Of a stretch of 64,000 nt of DNA, positions 1 through 13,196 are shown in pieces. The stretch spans positions 220,906,001 to 220,970,000 of the forward strand of contig OZ024742.1 in assembly GCA_964016885.1 (NCBI GenBank), written 5' to 3'. The number at the start of each line of letters is the position of its first letter. Within the stretch, counting starts at the first letter, position 1. Under the pieces are notes generated by a model. The model searched no databases. It was given only the letters and a program-made list of their open reading frames with translations, and was not told the origin of the DNA. The stretch comes from Eledone cirrhosa. Lineage: Eukaryota. Made by a program: the position numbers and the translations under genes.

Positions 1-1863
1 GCTGGCTTTGGGCCCGTCTTCAGAGGCTGGATCGCTGCCATGCACAGCGACATCTGCTCTGTGGTGAGAGTGAACGGTCACCTGTCGGAACCGTTCAACA
101 TCATGCGCTCGGTCCGCCAAGGATGTCCCCTCTCGTCCCTCTTGTACGTATTGACTCTCGAGCCATTACTGCACAAACTGGAGACGTTGAGGGGAGTCCC
201 GCGCGAACTAGGATGCGGAAGATCCGTGTCAGCATATGCCGACGATGTCACCGTAGTGGTGTCGAACGCCAAACACATCGAGGCGATCGGCACTACACTA
301 AGAGAATACGAAGCGGTGACAGGAGAAATGATCAACCAGGAAAAGTCAGTGGGCCTGCAGCTCGGCACCTGGAGAGGCAGGTCCATGCCGTCCAACAGCG
401 TCGTCGGACGCTGGACGGAGGGACCGGTTAAATTGCTAGGGGTCTGGTTCGGTCCGGACCTCCAGACGGACAAAAACTGGGACGAGGTGACGAGCAGGGT
501 GGCTTCTCTCACCCAGAAATGGGCGGAGAGGAAGCTATCCCTGAAAGGTCGAGCGGAGGTGGCTAACGCGTACATCGCGTCTGTCATCTGCTACCGCCTG
601 ACCGTCGTACCTTGTCCTAAGCCTCGCCTGACTGCGCTGGAGCGTTTGCTCTTTCGCTTTTTGTGGAAGGGACGTGCTCCGATGGTCAGGCGGTTCATCT
701 GTTGTCAACACCCGCTACGTGGAGGGCTGGGCATGCCGTGGCTGATGATGCGCAGGCACGCGCTCAGGCTACGACATCTCCACCTATTCCTCGACGGTGA
801 TCAGGTGTGGTCGCCGTTTGCTAGGCGCGTATTTCCCCAGCTCGTTTCCTTGACGGAGCTGCAGTCCTGGGTCAAGCGAAGACCGAGAGGGAGCGCCTGG
901 AGACTGGAATGTCTTCAGGCGCTCACAGCCCTCGACCAATCGGGCAATGTGATCGGTGGAAACTCCACCTCGGCATTCTATAGAGGATTAGTGGAGGGTA
1001 AGAGCGACGACGTACTTGGGGAAACTCTAGGCGTCGACGAAAATCAACTAGCCAATCTCTTCGGAAGAACTTTCGGGCCGGGGCCTATGGACAACTTCCA
1101 GAAATCTCTGGCCTGGCAGTGCTAGCGAGGAGCCTTGCCAGTTCGGGATAAACTCTACAGGCATGGAGGTGCCGTCAGCCGGGCATGTCCGAGATGCGCG
1201 CAGGGCGACGAAACCGTCCTGCACGCACTCGTCCAGTGTCCGAAAATTGCTGACTTGTGGGTTTATGTCGAACACCTGCTGTCGCGTTTAGGACGGATCC
1301 GGCTATCATCTGAGTCCATCGTGAGGATTGCCCCGCCCTCCTCCTTTAGCCGGGAAGGGCAGGCAGTTTTTATCTGTCTGGTGGCCATGGCGAAAGAGAT
1401 AGTATGGTGGACACGTTTGAAAGGGCTGAAGACGAGCACTTACCTCTTCGGTGATGCTCTGATTGACTTTTTCAAATTTCATTTGAAAAGGAAAATCAGA
1501 GTAGAGAGGGAAGTGCTCTCTTCCCAGCATTTTGTTGAAAGATGGGTGAGAGAAGCAAGAATGGCCCGAGTGAATGGGCCGACTCTGAGTATATATCTGT
1601 AAACTAAAGGTGGAAAACTGGGAGAGGGCACTTGCCTTGGTGGTCAGGGTCATTGTGGCTTTTTACTGGGCTTTCTCCACAAATGTCCCTCCGAAGTCTC
1701 CCCCCTATTGTGGAATTTTTCATTGTTATTTTCATTGTTATTTTTGTTACATCCTCTGTTTTTGTTTTTTTACACGCAGAAATGCCCATTTGTACCGTCC
1801 TGCATTGTCCTGCACTGTCCTTAATGTCTACTTTATGTAAACCCTTGTGGTTAATAAAGAAAA

Positions 1864-1865
<2 letters not shown>
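1..1865 (+). mobile_element. Tx1/L1-clade non-LTR retrotransposon, subfamily A copy 1 (3' part: RT, C-terminal CCHC, 3' UTR)
   Basis: ORF 40-1125 has the RT motifs RQGCPLS and AYADD. After an in-frame TAG (1123-1125) the frame continues with CPRC...ETVLHALVQC to TAA at 1602. The 3' UTR ends AATAAAGAAAACA and runs directly into (TTA)n. Confidence 0.92.

Positions 1866-1915
<50 letters not shown>
1866..1915. repeat. (TTA)n microsatellite, about 17 units
   Basis: Read directly; lies between the 3' ends of the Tx1-A1 and Dong-like elements. Confidence 0.99.
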
Positions 1916-1916
<1 letters not shown>

Positions 1917-4463
1917 CTTGAATCTCAGTCATTGATGTTAGTTAACTGGAAAGTCCGTTGGAATGAATATCAAGCCACTACCTGCAGCCTCAGATATTCA
2001 GGACGTATCGGAGGGTTCTTGCTGTTCCCAGCAAGCATGCCTTTTGAAGCGTTCCAAAAAGCGTGAAGGGGCCGATTTTCTTTAACCATCCCTGGAAACT
2101 TTTGGAGATAGTCCCCAGTACGCCTATGACAATCGGGATCACTTTGACTTCATGGCAGTTCCAAATCCTTTTTACCTCCCACTTTAAGTCCTGGTATCGG
2201 TTAATTTTCTCCCTCTCCTTCTCTTGCACTCTCGTGTCGAATGGGCAGGCCACATCCACAATCAGACACAATCTTTTTTCTTTGTCCACAACCACCAGGT
2301 CAGGTCTATTGTGTTCCAGTTTCTTGTCCGTCTGTATCCTAAAATCCCACAGCACCTTCACCTGATCGTTCTCCATCGCCACCTCTGGCTTATGCTCATA
2401 CCATTTCTCAGAATGTGGTAAATTGTTTACTTTGCACAGGTGCCAGTGGATCACCCTGCCCATCACATCAAGTCTCCAGCCCTTATAGTGGGTCTGGGCT
2501 AGGTGTTTACACTCGGATACAATGTGAGCCACAGTCTCCTCTCTCTCTCTCCACAGATCCTGCACAGTGGGCTAGCCTCCTCCTTGTAAATATGGTGTTT
2601 CAACCACTTCGTTTTGAGGGCCTGCTCCTGCGCAGCCATTAACATTCCTTCTGTAGCCTTTTTGAGGTCTCCTCTTCTCAACCAGTTCCATGTCTGTGGA
2701 TCTCTAAATTCAGTTTTCTCAAAGAAGGTACTATGAAGGGATTTTCCCTGAAGGCTGCTCTTTCTCCTTGATGTTATTTCCTCCTTGGACATCCCCTGGC
2801 CTATTGTCCCCTCCTTCAGTACAGTTCTGAGCATTGGCTCCTTACTATCAGTCACGTATTTGTGTAGGTTGTTTTTCTCCATCTGAACACAGTCCTCTAT
2901 GCTGATAAGACCTCTTCCACCCTCAGATCTCCTTAGGTAGATTCTATCGACATCACTCCTCTTGTGGAACATGTTGTAGATAGTCAATAGCTTCCTAGTC
3001 TTCCTATCCATTTCTTTTTGTTCAGCAACATTCCATCTCAGAATTCCCGCACTGTACCTAATAATAGACACAGCTCGGGAATTTACTGCGCTTATGGCAT
3101 TTCTGCTGTTCAGATGTGACTTCAATACGCTCCTTACTCTTCGAATGTATTCAGTTCTTAACAATTCCTTCATTTTTTTGTTCTTTATGCCATCAGCCTC
3201 CAGAACGCCCAAATACTTGTATCCTTCCTCAGAGTCAATTTCCTTTATCATCTCACCTGTTGGTATCTGGATTCCGTTACTTCTGCTCAACCTACCCCTC
3301 CTCATCACAATGACTCCACACTTACTAATACCAAACTGCATACATATATCACTGCTGAAAATACGGACAGTGTCAACAAGCACATCCAACTCCTTCTCAC
3401 TCTTCCCGAAGAGCTTAAGATCGTCCATGAAGAGGAGGTGATTGATGGCAAGCTCTCCCTTTCCCAACTTGTATCCTGCTCTCACTTTTCGCAGCATAAT
3501 GGTCAGGGGCATCAGGACAAGGACAAACAACAGAGGGGACAGGCTATCTCCCTGGAAGATACCTCTCTTGATCTTCACGCTTCCCAAGGATACTCCAGTT
3601 GATGTCAACTCTGTTTCCCAGGACCTCATACTCCTGCCCAGCAACTGTCTGATGTTATCTGCCACCTTGAAGATCTCCAGGCTTTTGGTGATCCAAGAAT
3701 GAGGCACCATGTCAAATGCCTTTCTGTAGTCTATCCATCCCATGGCAAGATCAGTGCGTCTCCTCCTGCAATTCCCCATTACCAACTTATCAATAAGTAA
3801 CTGGTCCTTTGTACCACGTGACTTCTTTCGGCATCCTTTCTGTTCGTCCGGTAACAAGTTGTTTGTGTGGAGGTGATGGTAGATTTCCTCAGACACAATG
3901 CTCGTCAACAGTTTCCACATTACGGACAGACATGTGATAGGTCTATAGTTGGTAACATCATTACCCTTGATTCGGTCTTTCATTATCAGAACTGTGGTAC
4001 CTTTTGTCAACCACTCTGGCACCTCACCCGACACCAAGCAGTCATTGAACATGGCCGTCAGCTTCGGGTGGAGGGATGTTAAATTTTTAATCCAATACCC
4101 CTGCACACCATCTGGGCCTGGTGATTTCCAGTTGGTTAGTTTTTTGGCCTGCCCCTTAAGAGTTTCAACTGTGATACTCAAATCAGTTTGTTGGTGTGCC
4201 TGCTCACCGATCTCCCTCTGTACTGTCTCAATCCACCCTGCCTGGACATTATGTCTAACATCCTGCTCCCATATTCCTCTCCAGAATGTTTTAGTTTGCT
4301 CCGCCCCAGGGATCAAGTCGTTGCCTCTTTCTTTCCCCTCAAGCTGTCCAAACAGCATCTTCTGGTTGTTGTCGAACATGCGGTTCTGTTTATACTGACT
4401 GACTCTGTTCTCGTATCGCCTGATTTTTGCACTCTTTGCTACAATGCGTTGCTTCAGTTCCTC
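1916..4463 (-). mobile_element. Dong/R4-clade non-LTR retrotransposon (RT plus restriction-like endonuclease), 5'-truncated
   Basis: ORF 2499-4379 has KSPGPDG, YRPITCL, GIFQGDSLSPLLF and HLLFMDDLKL. A frameshift at an (AG) run leads to CRIC..EETVAHIVSEC, RLD (RHD-like) and RPDLVVVDK..IVDVACP (RLE). Both ends are flanked by (TAA)n, the established Dong target. Confidence 0.92.

Positions 4464-4509
<46 letters not shown>
4464..4509. repeat. (TTA)n microsatellite, about 15 units
   Basis: Read directly; separates the Dong 5' truncation point from the Tx1-A2 5' end. Confidence 0.99.
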
Positions 4510-4723
4510 GGCGACCTACGTAGGAAATCGTATCATCGTGAGCTCCGCAAAGGTTTGTTGTTTTCAGTTGTTGGAAATTGCCATTTATGGAAAATTTTTG
4601 TTGTTAAGTGTTTATAAGGTCACAAAATTTGCTTTCGGAAAAAGACACTCAAAAAGATTGGGGCCTTGAGCCCAAAGTTTAAACTTTTATAATTATCAAA
4701 CAAAAAATTTCTTTGAAAAAATC

Positions 4724-6583
4724 ATGGACGACTCACAGTTACACCAAGCAGCTGAGAGCCTTCCTCACAAACTAATACCTCACACCAACACCACCATTGT
4801 AAATATTACTACTTTTGCCAACACTAAAAATATAAGCAGTAGCAATAATTTAAATTTGTCTCATGCAGACATTCATTTCCGGCCATTACCAATGACTGCA
4901 GGTGTTGAAGCCACCATCCCCACAACCACCACAGCGACAACAGAATCAAAAGAAAAAAATAAATTATCTCGTGACATCGAAATGGATTCACCCAGAATGG
5001 ATTCTTCCACACCGAACACCACTGACGCTACCACCACCACAACTGAAACTAAAAATAACAATAACAAAAATAACAACAACAACAACAGCAACAACAACAA
5101 TGAGAATAACACCGTGTCGTTTGCCAAAGCAGCCAAAAATGCGAAACAATCCAGGTAACTCAGGAGGAATTAGATGAAGCCAAGAGAATGGTAAAGAAAG
5201 ATGGGTACAGGGTCAGTCTCCCCCCTCCCCACCAAATAAAATGGTGCATCGGCGCCTGTGCACCGTGTCTTATCGAACGATTAACATAAAATCGCGCCGA
5301 GTGGAACGGGCATCCGAGTCCCAAATCCAAAAAGCTTTGGGACATGTGTGGGCAAAAAAAACCGACATCAGACGTGGGCAGAAATATGGAACCGTGGACG
5401 TGTTCTTTGGAACACCACAGGAGGACAGAGAGCACTCCATGGCCCCATTAAGAAGCGATGACTTCACACTCGTCCCAAGCTATTGTGGCCAGAGACTCGT
5501 AAAGATCAGGGTGACCCACGTTCCACCGGCCATCGAAATTCCCTGGCTAATGGCTGCCGTTCTCGCCGGCATCGGGGCCAACACCAAAATAATAGAAATA
5601 GCAAAAGAAAAGCAGGAGAACTGGTCCGGATCTGGGATGGAGCTCCTGATCCAAGCGGACCAAAAAAGCATTGAGGAGATCCGAGAGGTAATAGACCTCA
5701 CTGACGGCAGCCACCTCACCGTAATCGTCGAGGGTAGAAGGACTAGGTGTGTCGTTTGTGGTGAAGGAACCCACCTAAGGGCTTTCTGCCCTCAGGCTAA
5801 ACAGTTGAGGCCACCTCTCTTACCCACCCCAGTGACTCAACCATCAACACCACCAGCAGCAGAAATGGCAGCAACAACAGAAGCAACTGTAGCAGCAACA
5901 ACTCCAGCAACAGTAGCAAAACCAACACCACCACCACCCAACGCGCCAGAACTAGCACCAGCGCCTACACCATCCACCACGCCACAACCAAAACTAACGC
6001 CTGTGGAGGATTTTCCACTCCCCAACCTATCGCAACTGGAGACAGATTGTGACGACGAGGAGTGGGAAACGGTATCAGGAAAAAAGAAAAAAAGAAAAAG
6101 AAGCCAAAAAAGAAAAATATCCTCTTCCTTCCCCCCTCCAAAAACAAAATACAGAAGGAGACAAATAAACTATCAAACAAAAAAGTTAGGACAGCTATGA
6201 CACCATCCACACCAGCATCACCAACCCCATCACCACTAACACCAACACCATCACCATCATTAACCCCAACACCACCATCACCAACACCACAAAAGTCACC
6301 AAAAAGCGAAACAGAAACAAACCCACAACAAACGCAAACAAAACAAAACAAACCAAAACGATACACACCACACAGCATTAAATTTGAACAACAACCAACT
6401 ATTACACTACATCCAACACAACACCAGCATCACAGAAAAAGACTACACAACACCCCAAAAGTTCACACCACCTCCACACATACAAATCACTCGCATCACA
6501 TAGAAAACGTACACGACACTAAAACAAAAATTCCGCAAAGACATCGGAGACTTCCGGCAAGCACTCTCCAGGAGGATTTATAA
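4724..6583 (+). pseudogene. Tx1 ORF1 (gag-like nucleic-acid-binding protein), disrupted
   Basis: ATG at 4724, Asn/Thr-rich N-terminus with SFAKAAK, CX2CX4HX4C knuckle (RCVVCGEGTHLRAFCP), Pro/Thr-rich tail and a basic KKKKRKR stretch. Split over frames 4724-5158, 5241-6200 and 6062-6583. Confidence 0.8.
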
Positions 6584-6693
6584 GGACATCCTTCCGGAGG
6601 AGGCCACAAGCAGTGAAAAGGATGGAGAAACCATCCTTCCTCTACGATAAGTAAGGTAAGTGGTCTTTCCCATCTTTTCCACTCCATTTCAAC

Positions 6694-9600
6694 ATGACCT
6701 CACTCAGAATAGGCAGCAAAAAACGCGTGGCTTGAGGTCGTCATGGAAGCAGGGCCACCTGCTCAACGACCTCAGGTCACTAAACATAGATGTAGTGGCC
6801 ATCAGCGAGACCTGAATCTCCGAAGCACGGGCCTTCGCACCGATCTTCGGCGGGTACGATGTGTACGCATCTCCCAGCCATCCTGGATCGGGGGGGGGGG
6901 AAGGTGCTGTGCCTTTTCGGAGAGGTTTGGATACGCCATACGGGCCATCTTCCTGGACCCAGAAGGTAAGTTGGTGGTGCTGGACGTGACCAGCGGAGAC
7001 GGGCAAGCTTTCAGTCTAGTGGCCGCCTATGCCCCGACAGGAGCAGGGCGGCCTGATTTCTTCCGGCGTCTGGAGACCTTTCTAGGAACGTCCCGCTCTT
7101 TAGTGTTAGTGGGCGACTGGAACGGGATCTTAGATGCACGCTGGGACTGTGTGGGATTAGCGGATGGGGGAGGGGGGTGCAAGAGCCTCACCAACCTGCT
7201 CAGGCGTTTTGAACTGTCTGACAGGTACCGATTGGATTTCCTGAATGTGCCAATGTGGACTTGGATAAACCGCATCGGGTCATCCAGATCATATCTAAAT
7301 AGAGTATTTTGTAGGGAAATAGATAGGTTGTACACAATTCAAGATAATCTGTGTGCTTGACTTAGATAGGCTTCATAGACGAGGACTCGGCTACTGGAAG
7401 CTAAACTCGTCCTTACCAGAGACCGAATTAGCGAACTAGTTAAGCGGGCGTTGACGGGGGCCATCGTCAACAACAAGTGGTAGTTTGCTCTGAAAAGAGC
7501 GATTAGAATAGAGTCCATTAGGTTTAGTAAGGCTTTAGCTATAGAGAAAAATAGAGCAGAAGGAGAACTAGGTAGAAAATTAGACGAGGCGCTTAGCAAA
7601 GGCATCGCAACCGACGTACTTGCGGCGAAATTGGCCCTAGTCCAATTCTTCAATGCAAAGCACGTAGGCTGCATTGTCAGAGCTAGGGTGCGTGCTCTCA
7701 GACACGAGGGTACGAAAGCCGTTCAATGGTCCCGAGTGGCGGAGGCGCGTCGTGGCAACAAAGCCACGATCCGGTCTTTGGTGGACCACGACGGGCGCAT
7801 GCTACTCGATCCCGGGCAAATGTGTGAAGCTTTTCAGCGACACTTCGCTCAGCTGTTCGGGGCAAGCGGCGGGCCGGATCGAGGAATGGACTTTAGTGTC
7901 TACCTCAACGGACTGCAGCGGCTCTCGGCCACTGAGGCGGAGTGTTGCGAAAAGCCGTTAACAGCCGCTGAAGTACGGGAGGCAATGACTGGCTGCACAA
8001 GGGGTAAATCGCATGGTTTGGATGGTCTGCCCTATGAACTTTACGTACAGATTCCAGACTTGTTCGGAGGCCTCTTGGTGGACGTCTACTGCAACTGGCA
8101 ACAGAACGGGAAAATTCCCAGCTCTGTGAGCCGAGGAGCGGTGACGCTGCTGAGAAAGGATCCGAACAAGGGGGATAACATAGATAATTTCAAGCCCATA
8201 ACTCTGCTAAACACAGACTTCAAGATTTTGGCCAAGGTGCTAGCAAAGAGGTTGGCGCTTGTCGTTGGTGGCCTGGTGGAAGAGGCGCAGACATGCACCA
8301 TTCCCGACAGATCCATCCACGACAACCTACACCTCATGCGATACATCGTGGAGAGGGTAGCTAGGGAACCTGGCACTGGTGGGTCCTTGATCAATTTAGA
8401 TCAGTCGAAAGCTTTCGAAAGGGTCGACCATCGTTACTTAGCGACTATCCTGAGGGCGGCTGGATTTGGACCCGTCTTCAGAGGCTGGATCGCTGCCATG
8501 CACAGCGACATCTGCTCTGTGGTGAGAGTGAACGGTCACCTTTCGAAACCGTTCAACATCATGCGCTCGGTCCGCCAAGGATGTTCCCTCTCGTCCCTCT
8601 TGTACCATTACGTCCCTCTCGAGCCATTACTGCACAAACTGGAGACGTTGAGGGGGATCCCGTGCGAACTAGGATGCGGAAGATCCGTGTCAGCATATGC
8701 GGACGATGTCACCGTAGTGGTGTCGAACGCCAAACACATCGAGGCGATCGGCACTACACTAAGAGAATACGAAGCGGTGACAGGAGCAATGATCAACCAG
8801 GAAAAGTCAGTGGGCCTGCAGCTCGGCACCTGGAGAGGCAGGTCCATGCCGCCCAACAGCGTCGTCGTCCGTCATCTACTACCGCCTGACCGTAGTACCT
8901 TGTCCTAAGACCCGCCTGACTGCGCTGGAGCGTTTGCTCTTTCGCTTTTTGTGGAAGGGACGCGCTCCGATGGTCAGGCGGTCGATCTGCTGTCAACGCC
9001 CGCTACGTGGAGGGCTAGGCATGCCGTGGCTGATGATGCGCAGACACGCGCTCAGGCTACGACATCTCCACCTCTTCCTCGACGGTGATTAGGTGTGGTC
9101 ACCCTTTGTTAGACGTGTCTTTCCCCAGCTCGTCTCCTTAACGGAGCTGCAGTCCTGGGTCAAGCGAAGACCGAGAGGGAGCGCTTGGAGACTGGAATAT
9201 CTTCAGGCGCTCACAGCCCTCGACCAATCGGGCAATGTGATCGGTGAAAACTCCACCTTGGCGTTCTATAGAGGATTAGTGGAGGGAAAGAGCGACGACG
9301 TACTTGGGGAAAATCTAGGCGCCGACGAAAATCAACTAGCCAATCTCTTCGGAAGAACTTTCGGGCCGGGGCCTATGGACAACTTCCAGAAATCCCTGGC
9401 CTGGCAGTGCTAGCGAGGAGCTTTGCCAGTTCGGGATAAACTCTACCGGCATGGAGGTGCCGTCAGCCGGGCATGTCCGAGATGCGCGCAGGGCGACGAA
9501 ACCGTCCTGCACACACTCGTCCAGTGTCCGAGCATTGCTGACTTGTGGGTTTATGTCGAACACCTGCTGTCGCGTGTAGGACGGATCCGGCTATCAGCTG

Positions 9601-9751
9601 AGTCCATCGTGAGGATTGCTCCGCCCTCTTCCTTTAGCCGGGAAGGGCAGGCAGTTTTTAACTGCTCTCTTCCCAGCATTTTGTTGAAAGATGGGTGAGA
9701 GAGGCAAGAATGGCCCGAGTGAATGGGCCTACTCTGAGTATGTGTCTGTAA
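6694..9751 (+). pseudogene. Tx1 ORF2 (APE endonuclease, reverse transcriptase, CCHC) with frameshifts and internal deletions
   Basis: Starts MTSLRIGS..RGL. APE motifs AAYAP, LVGDWN and WTW..SRSYLNR. RT motifs FKPITLLNTDFKILAK, LDQSKAFERV and AYADD. Deletions near 7330, 8870 and 9660; TAG at 9411-9413. Confidence 0.9.
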
Positions 9752-10001
9752 ATTAAAGGTAAAAAACTGGGAGAAGGCACTTGCCCTAGTGGTCAGGTTC
9801 ACTGTGGCTTTTTAATGGGCTTTCTCCACGAATGTCCCTCGGAAGTCTCCCCCGTATTGGGGATTTTTCATTATTATTTTCTGTTACATCCTCTGTTTTT
9901 GTTTTTTACACGCAGAAATGCCCATTTGTTCCGTCCTGTATTGTCCTGTACTGTCCTTAATGTCTACTTTATGTAAACCCTTGTGGTTAATAAAGAAAGC
10001 A

Positions 10002-10024
10002 TTATTATTATTATTATTATTATT
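10002..10024. repeat. (TTA)n microsatellite
   Basis: Read directly at the 3' junction of Tx1-A2. Confidence 0.95.
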
Positions 10025-10026
10025 TT

Positions 10027-10216
10027 GCGGTGGATTGGCAGTATCGGTAGAAGGTCGGCCGCCATGCTTTGACGCATAGAGTTACGGCCCTTGATATTCT
10101 GAGTTCAAATCCCGCTGAGGTTAACTTTGCCTTTCATCCTTACGGGGTCGATAAGATAAAGTACCAGTAATGCAATGGGTATTTGATGGCCTTGTGCCAA
10201 AAGTAGAAACAATTAT
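10027..10216 (+). mobile_element. tRNA-derived SINE (about 190 bp)
   Basis: A-box-like TGGCAGTATCGG, B-box GAGTTCAAATCC, central GCCTTTCATCCTTACGGGGTCGATAA..AGTACCAG and tail AAAGTAGAAACAATTAT. More than 8 related copies occur in the window. Confidence 0.88.
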
Positions 10217-10529
10217 CATTACAGTGATCAACAGCCAAAATGGTTCTTACATGTGAATATGTGCATCTTACTAATTCCATAACACTAAATTCAGTTTTGA
10301 TATTCATTTTTTGCTATCGGACCAGAATGCCTTAATATGAGATCGAAAATATGTTCCTCGTATTGCATTATTTATCCATTGTGTAACATATAATGAGTTA
10401 GATATAAACATATTAACTTATTAATAAATATATATAAACATATTTTTATTTATTTTTTTAACACTTAGTATATTAACAAAACATTCTGAACATAACAAAG
10501 TATTTCAAAACATTTCTAAAAAAATTTCT

Positions 10530-12880
10530 GGATTTTGCTTTTACGCTTGTTTTGCTGGCTCTCCTCGCGTTGCAGTGTTTAGCAGTAGTCGCCCATCATG
10601 TTGGGATTGAACCGACCCTGATACCTAGTCTCCATTATGGCAATGTCCTGGTGAAACCTCTCTCCATGTTCATCACTGATGTCTCCTAGATTACTTGGGA
10701 AGAAATCCAGATGAGAATGGAAGAAATGAAGCTTCAACGACATTCGTGAACCCAGAGCGCGATAATTTTGTATCATGGTTTCAACAATTTCTTTATAGTT
10801 GTCTTCACGGTGGTTTCCAAGAAAGTTCTGTCTACAAATGATTTCCATACATTAGTCTCCAAAGGGTTTAGTGTTTTCGTAAACTCACTATCATTAACCT
10901 GCATACGAATGTGAGGACCATTCAAAACCCCTGTTTTTAACTTTGCTTCAGATACCACTCTACCCAATTTCTTACACAAGTACTGAAACCCATTACTTGT
11001 ATGATCCATGCTTTTAATAAAGTTTTTGGCCAAGCCTAATTTGAGATGTAATGGAGGGAGGAATACTTTTTCTGGATCCACGAGAGGTTTGTACAGACAG
11101 TTGAATCTACCGAGTGCATCATTTGGTCTTGTTGGCCAATCCTTCTTCATGTAGTGCTCCGCATCTGCTCTACTATTCCACAAACATAGAAAACACATAT
11201 GCTTTGTGTAACCAGTCTGAAGACCTAGAAGTAGACTAATTACTTTGAGATCTCCACAAATTTTCAACTGGTGCTTCTGGCACTGAACTGAGGAAAGCAA
11301 AATCTTCATAGTTTCATAATTCTCAGTCATATTTGTTGCGTGTGCAATTGGTACGGTGGGAAACCGATTTCCATTGTGGAGAAGGACTGCTTTTAGAGTA
11401 TTTTTTCCTGAATCAATGAACAACCTCCAATCATCTTGTTTGTATGAATCAGTTTTACAGAGTTGTTGCATGAGAGAATCTGCATCATGACAATAGCAAA
11501 GGTTATTTTCCATTTTGAAAAATGCTGAAAGTTGTTTATGACGATGACGAGCGGTTGTAATGCGGACGCCAGGTTCCAACAGGTTTCGTTGCTTCAGTCT
11601 TGATCCCAGGAGCTCTGCCTTTTCTTTAGACAAATGTAGGTCTCTAATGAGATCGTGAAGAGCTTCCTGTTTAAATGGTATGGGTTCACTTGTCTCATGT
11701 TCGTCTTGATAGTCATCATCAATAGGGGTGCTACTGGAATCAGAATTAGAGATTAGCTCGTGTTCATCAGGTGGAACTGGAACAGGTAATTCGTCACTGT
11801 GAGGTAGTGGTCGGATTGCTGGCGAGATATCGGGGTATTGAAGTGTAGTTCGTGTCTTCACAGTTATTCCTTTATATGGCAGAAGTAGCAATCGTTATTG
11901 TGGTCTTTTGGTTCTCGCCACACCATTTGTACGGCAAATGGCAAACCAGAGCTTCGTTTCCCATTCTTCCATTCACTTCGGTGATTAACATGTAGCGAAA
12001 TCTAACCGCGCCTTGAACATTGAGTGACACCTAAAGATCAAATTCTAGGTCAACACCCTTTTGGTGTGATCAAGTTCATGCGTGGGCTGTCCCCTCAGGT
12101 TGGGGGACAGGAAGTGACAGCTATATATAGAGCCTGTATCAAGCTATTTTAGCGAGATACATCGGAGCATTACACCTATAACAAACTATGTAAGGATTCA
12201 CTTCTATCGATAGACCCCAGTGGTCTACAGCCAGAGACATCGGAGCATTACGCTAGCAACTAACTATGTAATGATTCACTGCTATCAACAGACCCCATGA
12301 GGTCTACAGATACACACACAGAGATTGGAGCCCTACTACTACAGACCATGTACAAACCACAGTGGTCTTCAACCAATTACAGAGCATTCAGAGGTATACA
12401 AACCATTACTCTCTCTCTCGCTCACTATGGTCTCAACTATTACCACGGACTCCAACAACAACAACAAAATTATCTGTTTGCTCGCTGTTTTCACCATCAA
12501 AAACATTGTCAACCTTAACAACTCTTGGTAACTGTTTTATATGTACTTTTTAATTGATTCACGTGAAGTAAACCATATATAAACCAAATCACTTATTCTT
12601 TATATTTTCGTTATTACACCTATTATACTTGTTATTTCAACTAATAACCGTGTTAATCCATTTAACAATTACTTATTTCATACCCTTCGTTAAAAACACA
12701 TGACCTACACGCTATATGAGACGCCCATTTCGTGTCCTGGTCTCCTAATGGACATTTGAAGTAGCATTTGTAGTTTACTCGAACTGTTTTTGTGATTGGT
12801 TTCTTTATGCTTTCTGGGGTAAAGAGTCCACAAATATAGCAAAATCGGTCCGGGTCAATTACACATTTTCGGCGTTCCAT
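10530..12880 (-). pseudogene. Chapaev3-type transposase, frameshifted and interrupted by a solo LTR
   Basis: N-terminal Cys/His domain (FCYICG..HIACRSC..WREPKDHNNDCYFC), then WRLFIDS, CGDLKV..LGLQTGYTKHMCFLCLW, PPLHLKLGL and SLKLHFFHSHLDFFP..SDEHGERFHQD. Confidence 0.85.
11991..12694. mobile_element. Solo LTR (704 bp, probably Gypsy-type) inside the transposase
   Basis: Ends TGTAGCGAA...TTCGTTA(A)A form an imperfect TG..CA inverted terminus. 4-bp TSD AACA at 11987-11990 and 12695-12698. Removing it restores the transposase frame CRSCV-NHRSEWKNG. Contains a TATA-like CTATATATAG and short internal direct repeats. Confidence 0.8.
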
Positions 12881-13196
12881 CTCTCCCACTAGTCAAAGTT
12901 GTTGTGAATTATCCAAGAATAGCTGAGGATAGTTACAATTCTGTGATCTGAAACAAAAGCAGTAAGTATAAATTAGTTAACAACTAAATATAGTGGATAC
13001 AATTGGATGAAGTAATATTAGCCACATAGCTATGGGTCATAAACATGGATATGCTGGTTCTCGAAAACTAGACCTGATACAGCTTAACCGTTGTCATATT
13101 AAGAATCTGCACACTTGATTAGCCTAGAATCATACTAAATTATACCAGAACCATGAAATGAATATTTTTTTGTTGACCAGTGTTATTATTAATATT

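Larger units (their letters stand above)
4510..10001 (+). mobile_element. Tx1/L1-clade LINE, subfamily A copy 2, nearly full length but degenerate
   Basis: Contains a 5' UTR, ORF1 with a zinc knuckle, and ORF2 with APE, RT and CCHC. The 3' UTR is close to that of copy 1 and ends AATAAAGAAAGCA. Flanked by (TTA)n on both sides. Confidence 0.93.
10222..13182 (-). mobile_element. Chapaev3-like (CMC superfamily) DNA transposon with both termini
   Basis: Termini CAGTGATCAACA and TGTTGACCAGTG match at 10/12 positions as an inverted repeat. 3-bp TTA TSD at 10219-10221 and 13183-13185. CAC..GTG ends and a TWA TSD fit Chapaev3. Confidence 0.8.

Noticed and set aside
78-587. Antisense ORFs recurring opposite Tx1 RT (also 25285-25620 and 44049-44402)
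   Set aside because: They are shadows of a GC-rich coding strand and recur only because the element is multicopy; no independent motifs were found.
1632-4669. Poly-Leu, poly-Tyr and poly-(YI) ORFs here and at 39-42 kb
   Set aside because: They are translations of (TTA)n and (TA)n microsatellites.
10027-10120. tRNA gene
   Set aside because: A and B boxes are present but there is no cloverleaf; the sequence continues into a SINE core and tail and is dispersed in many copies.
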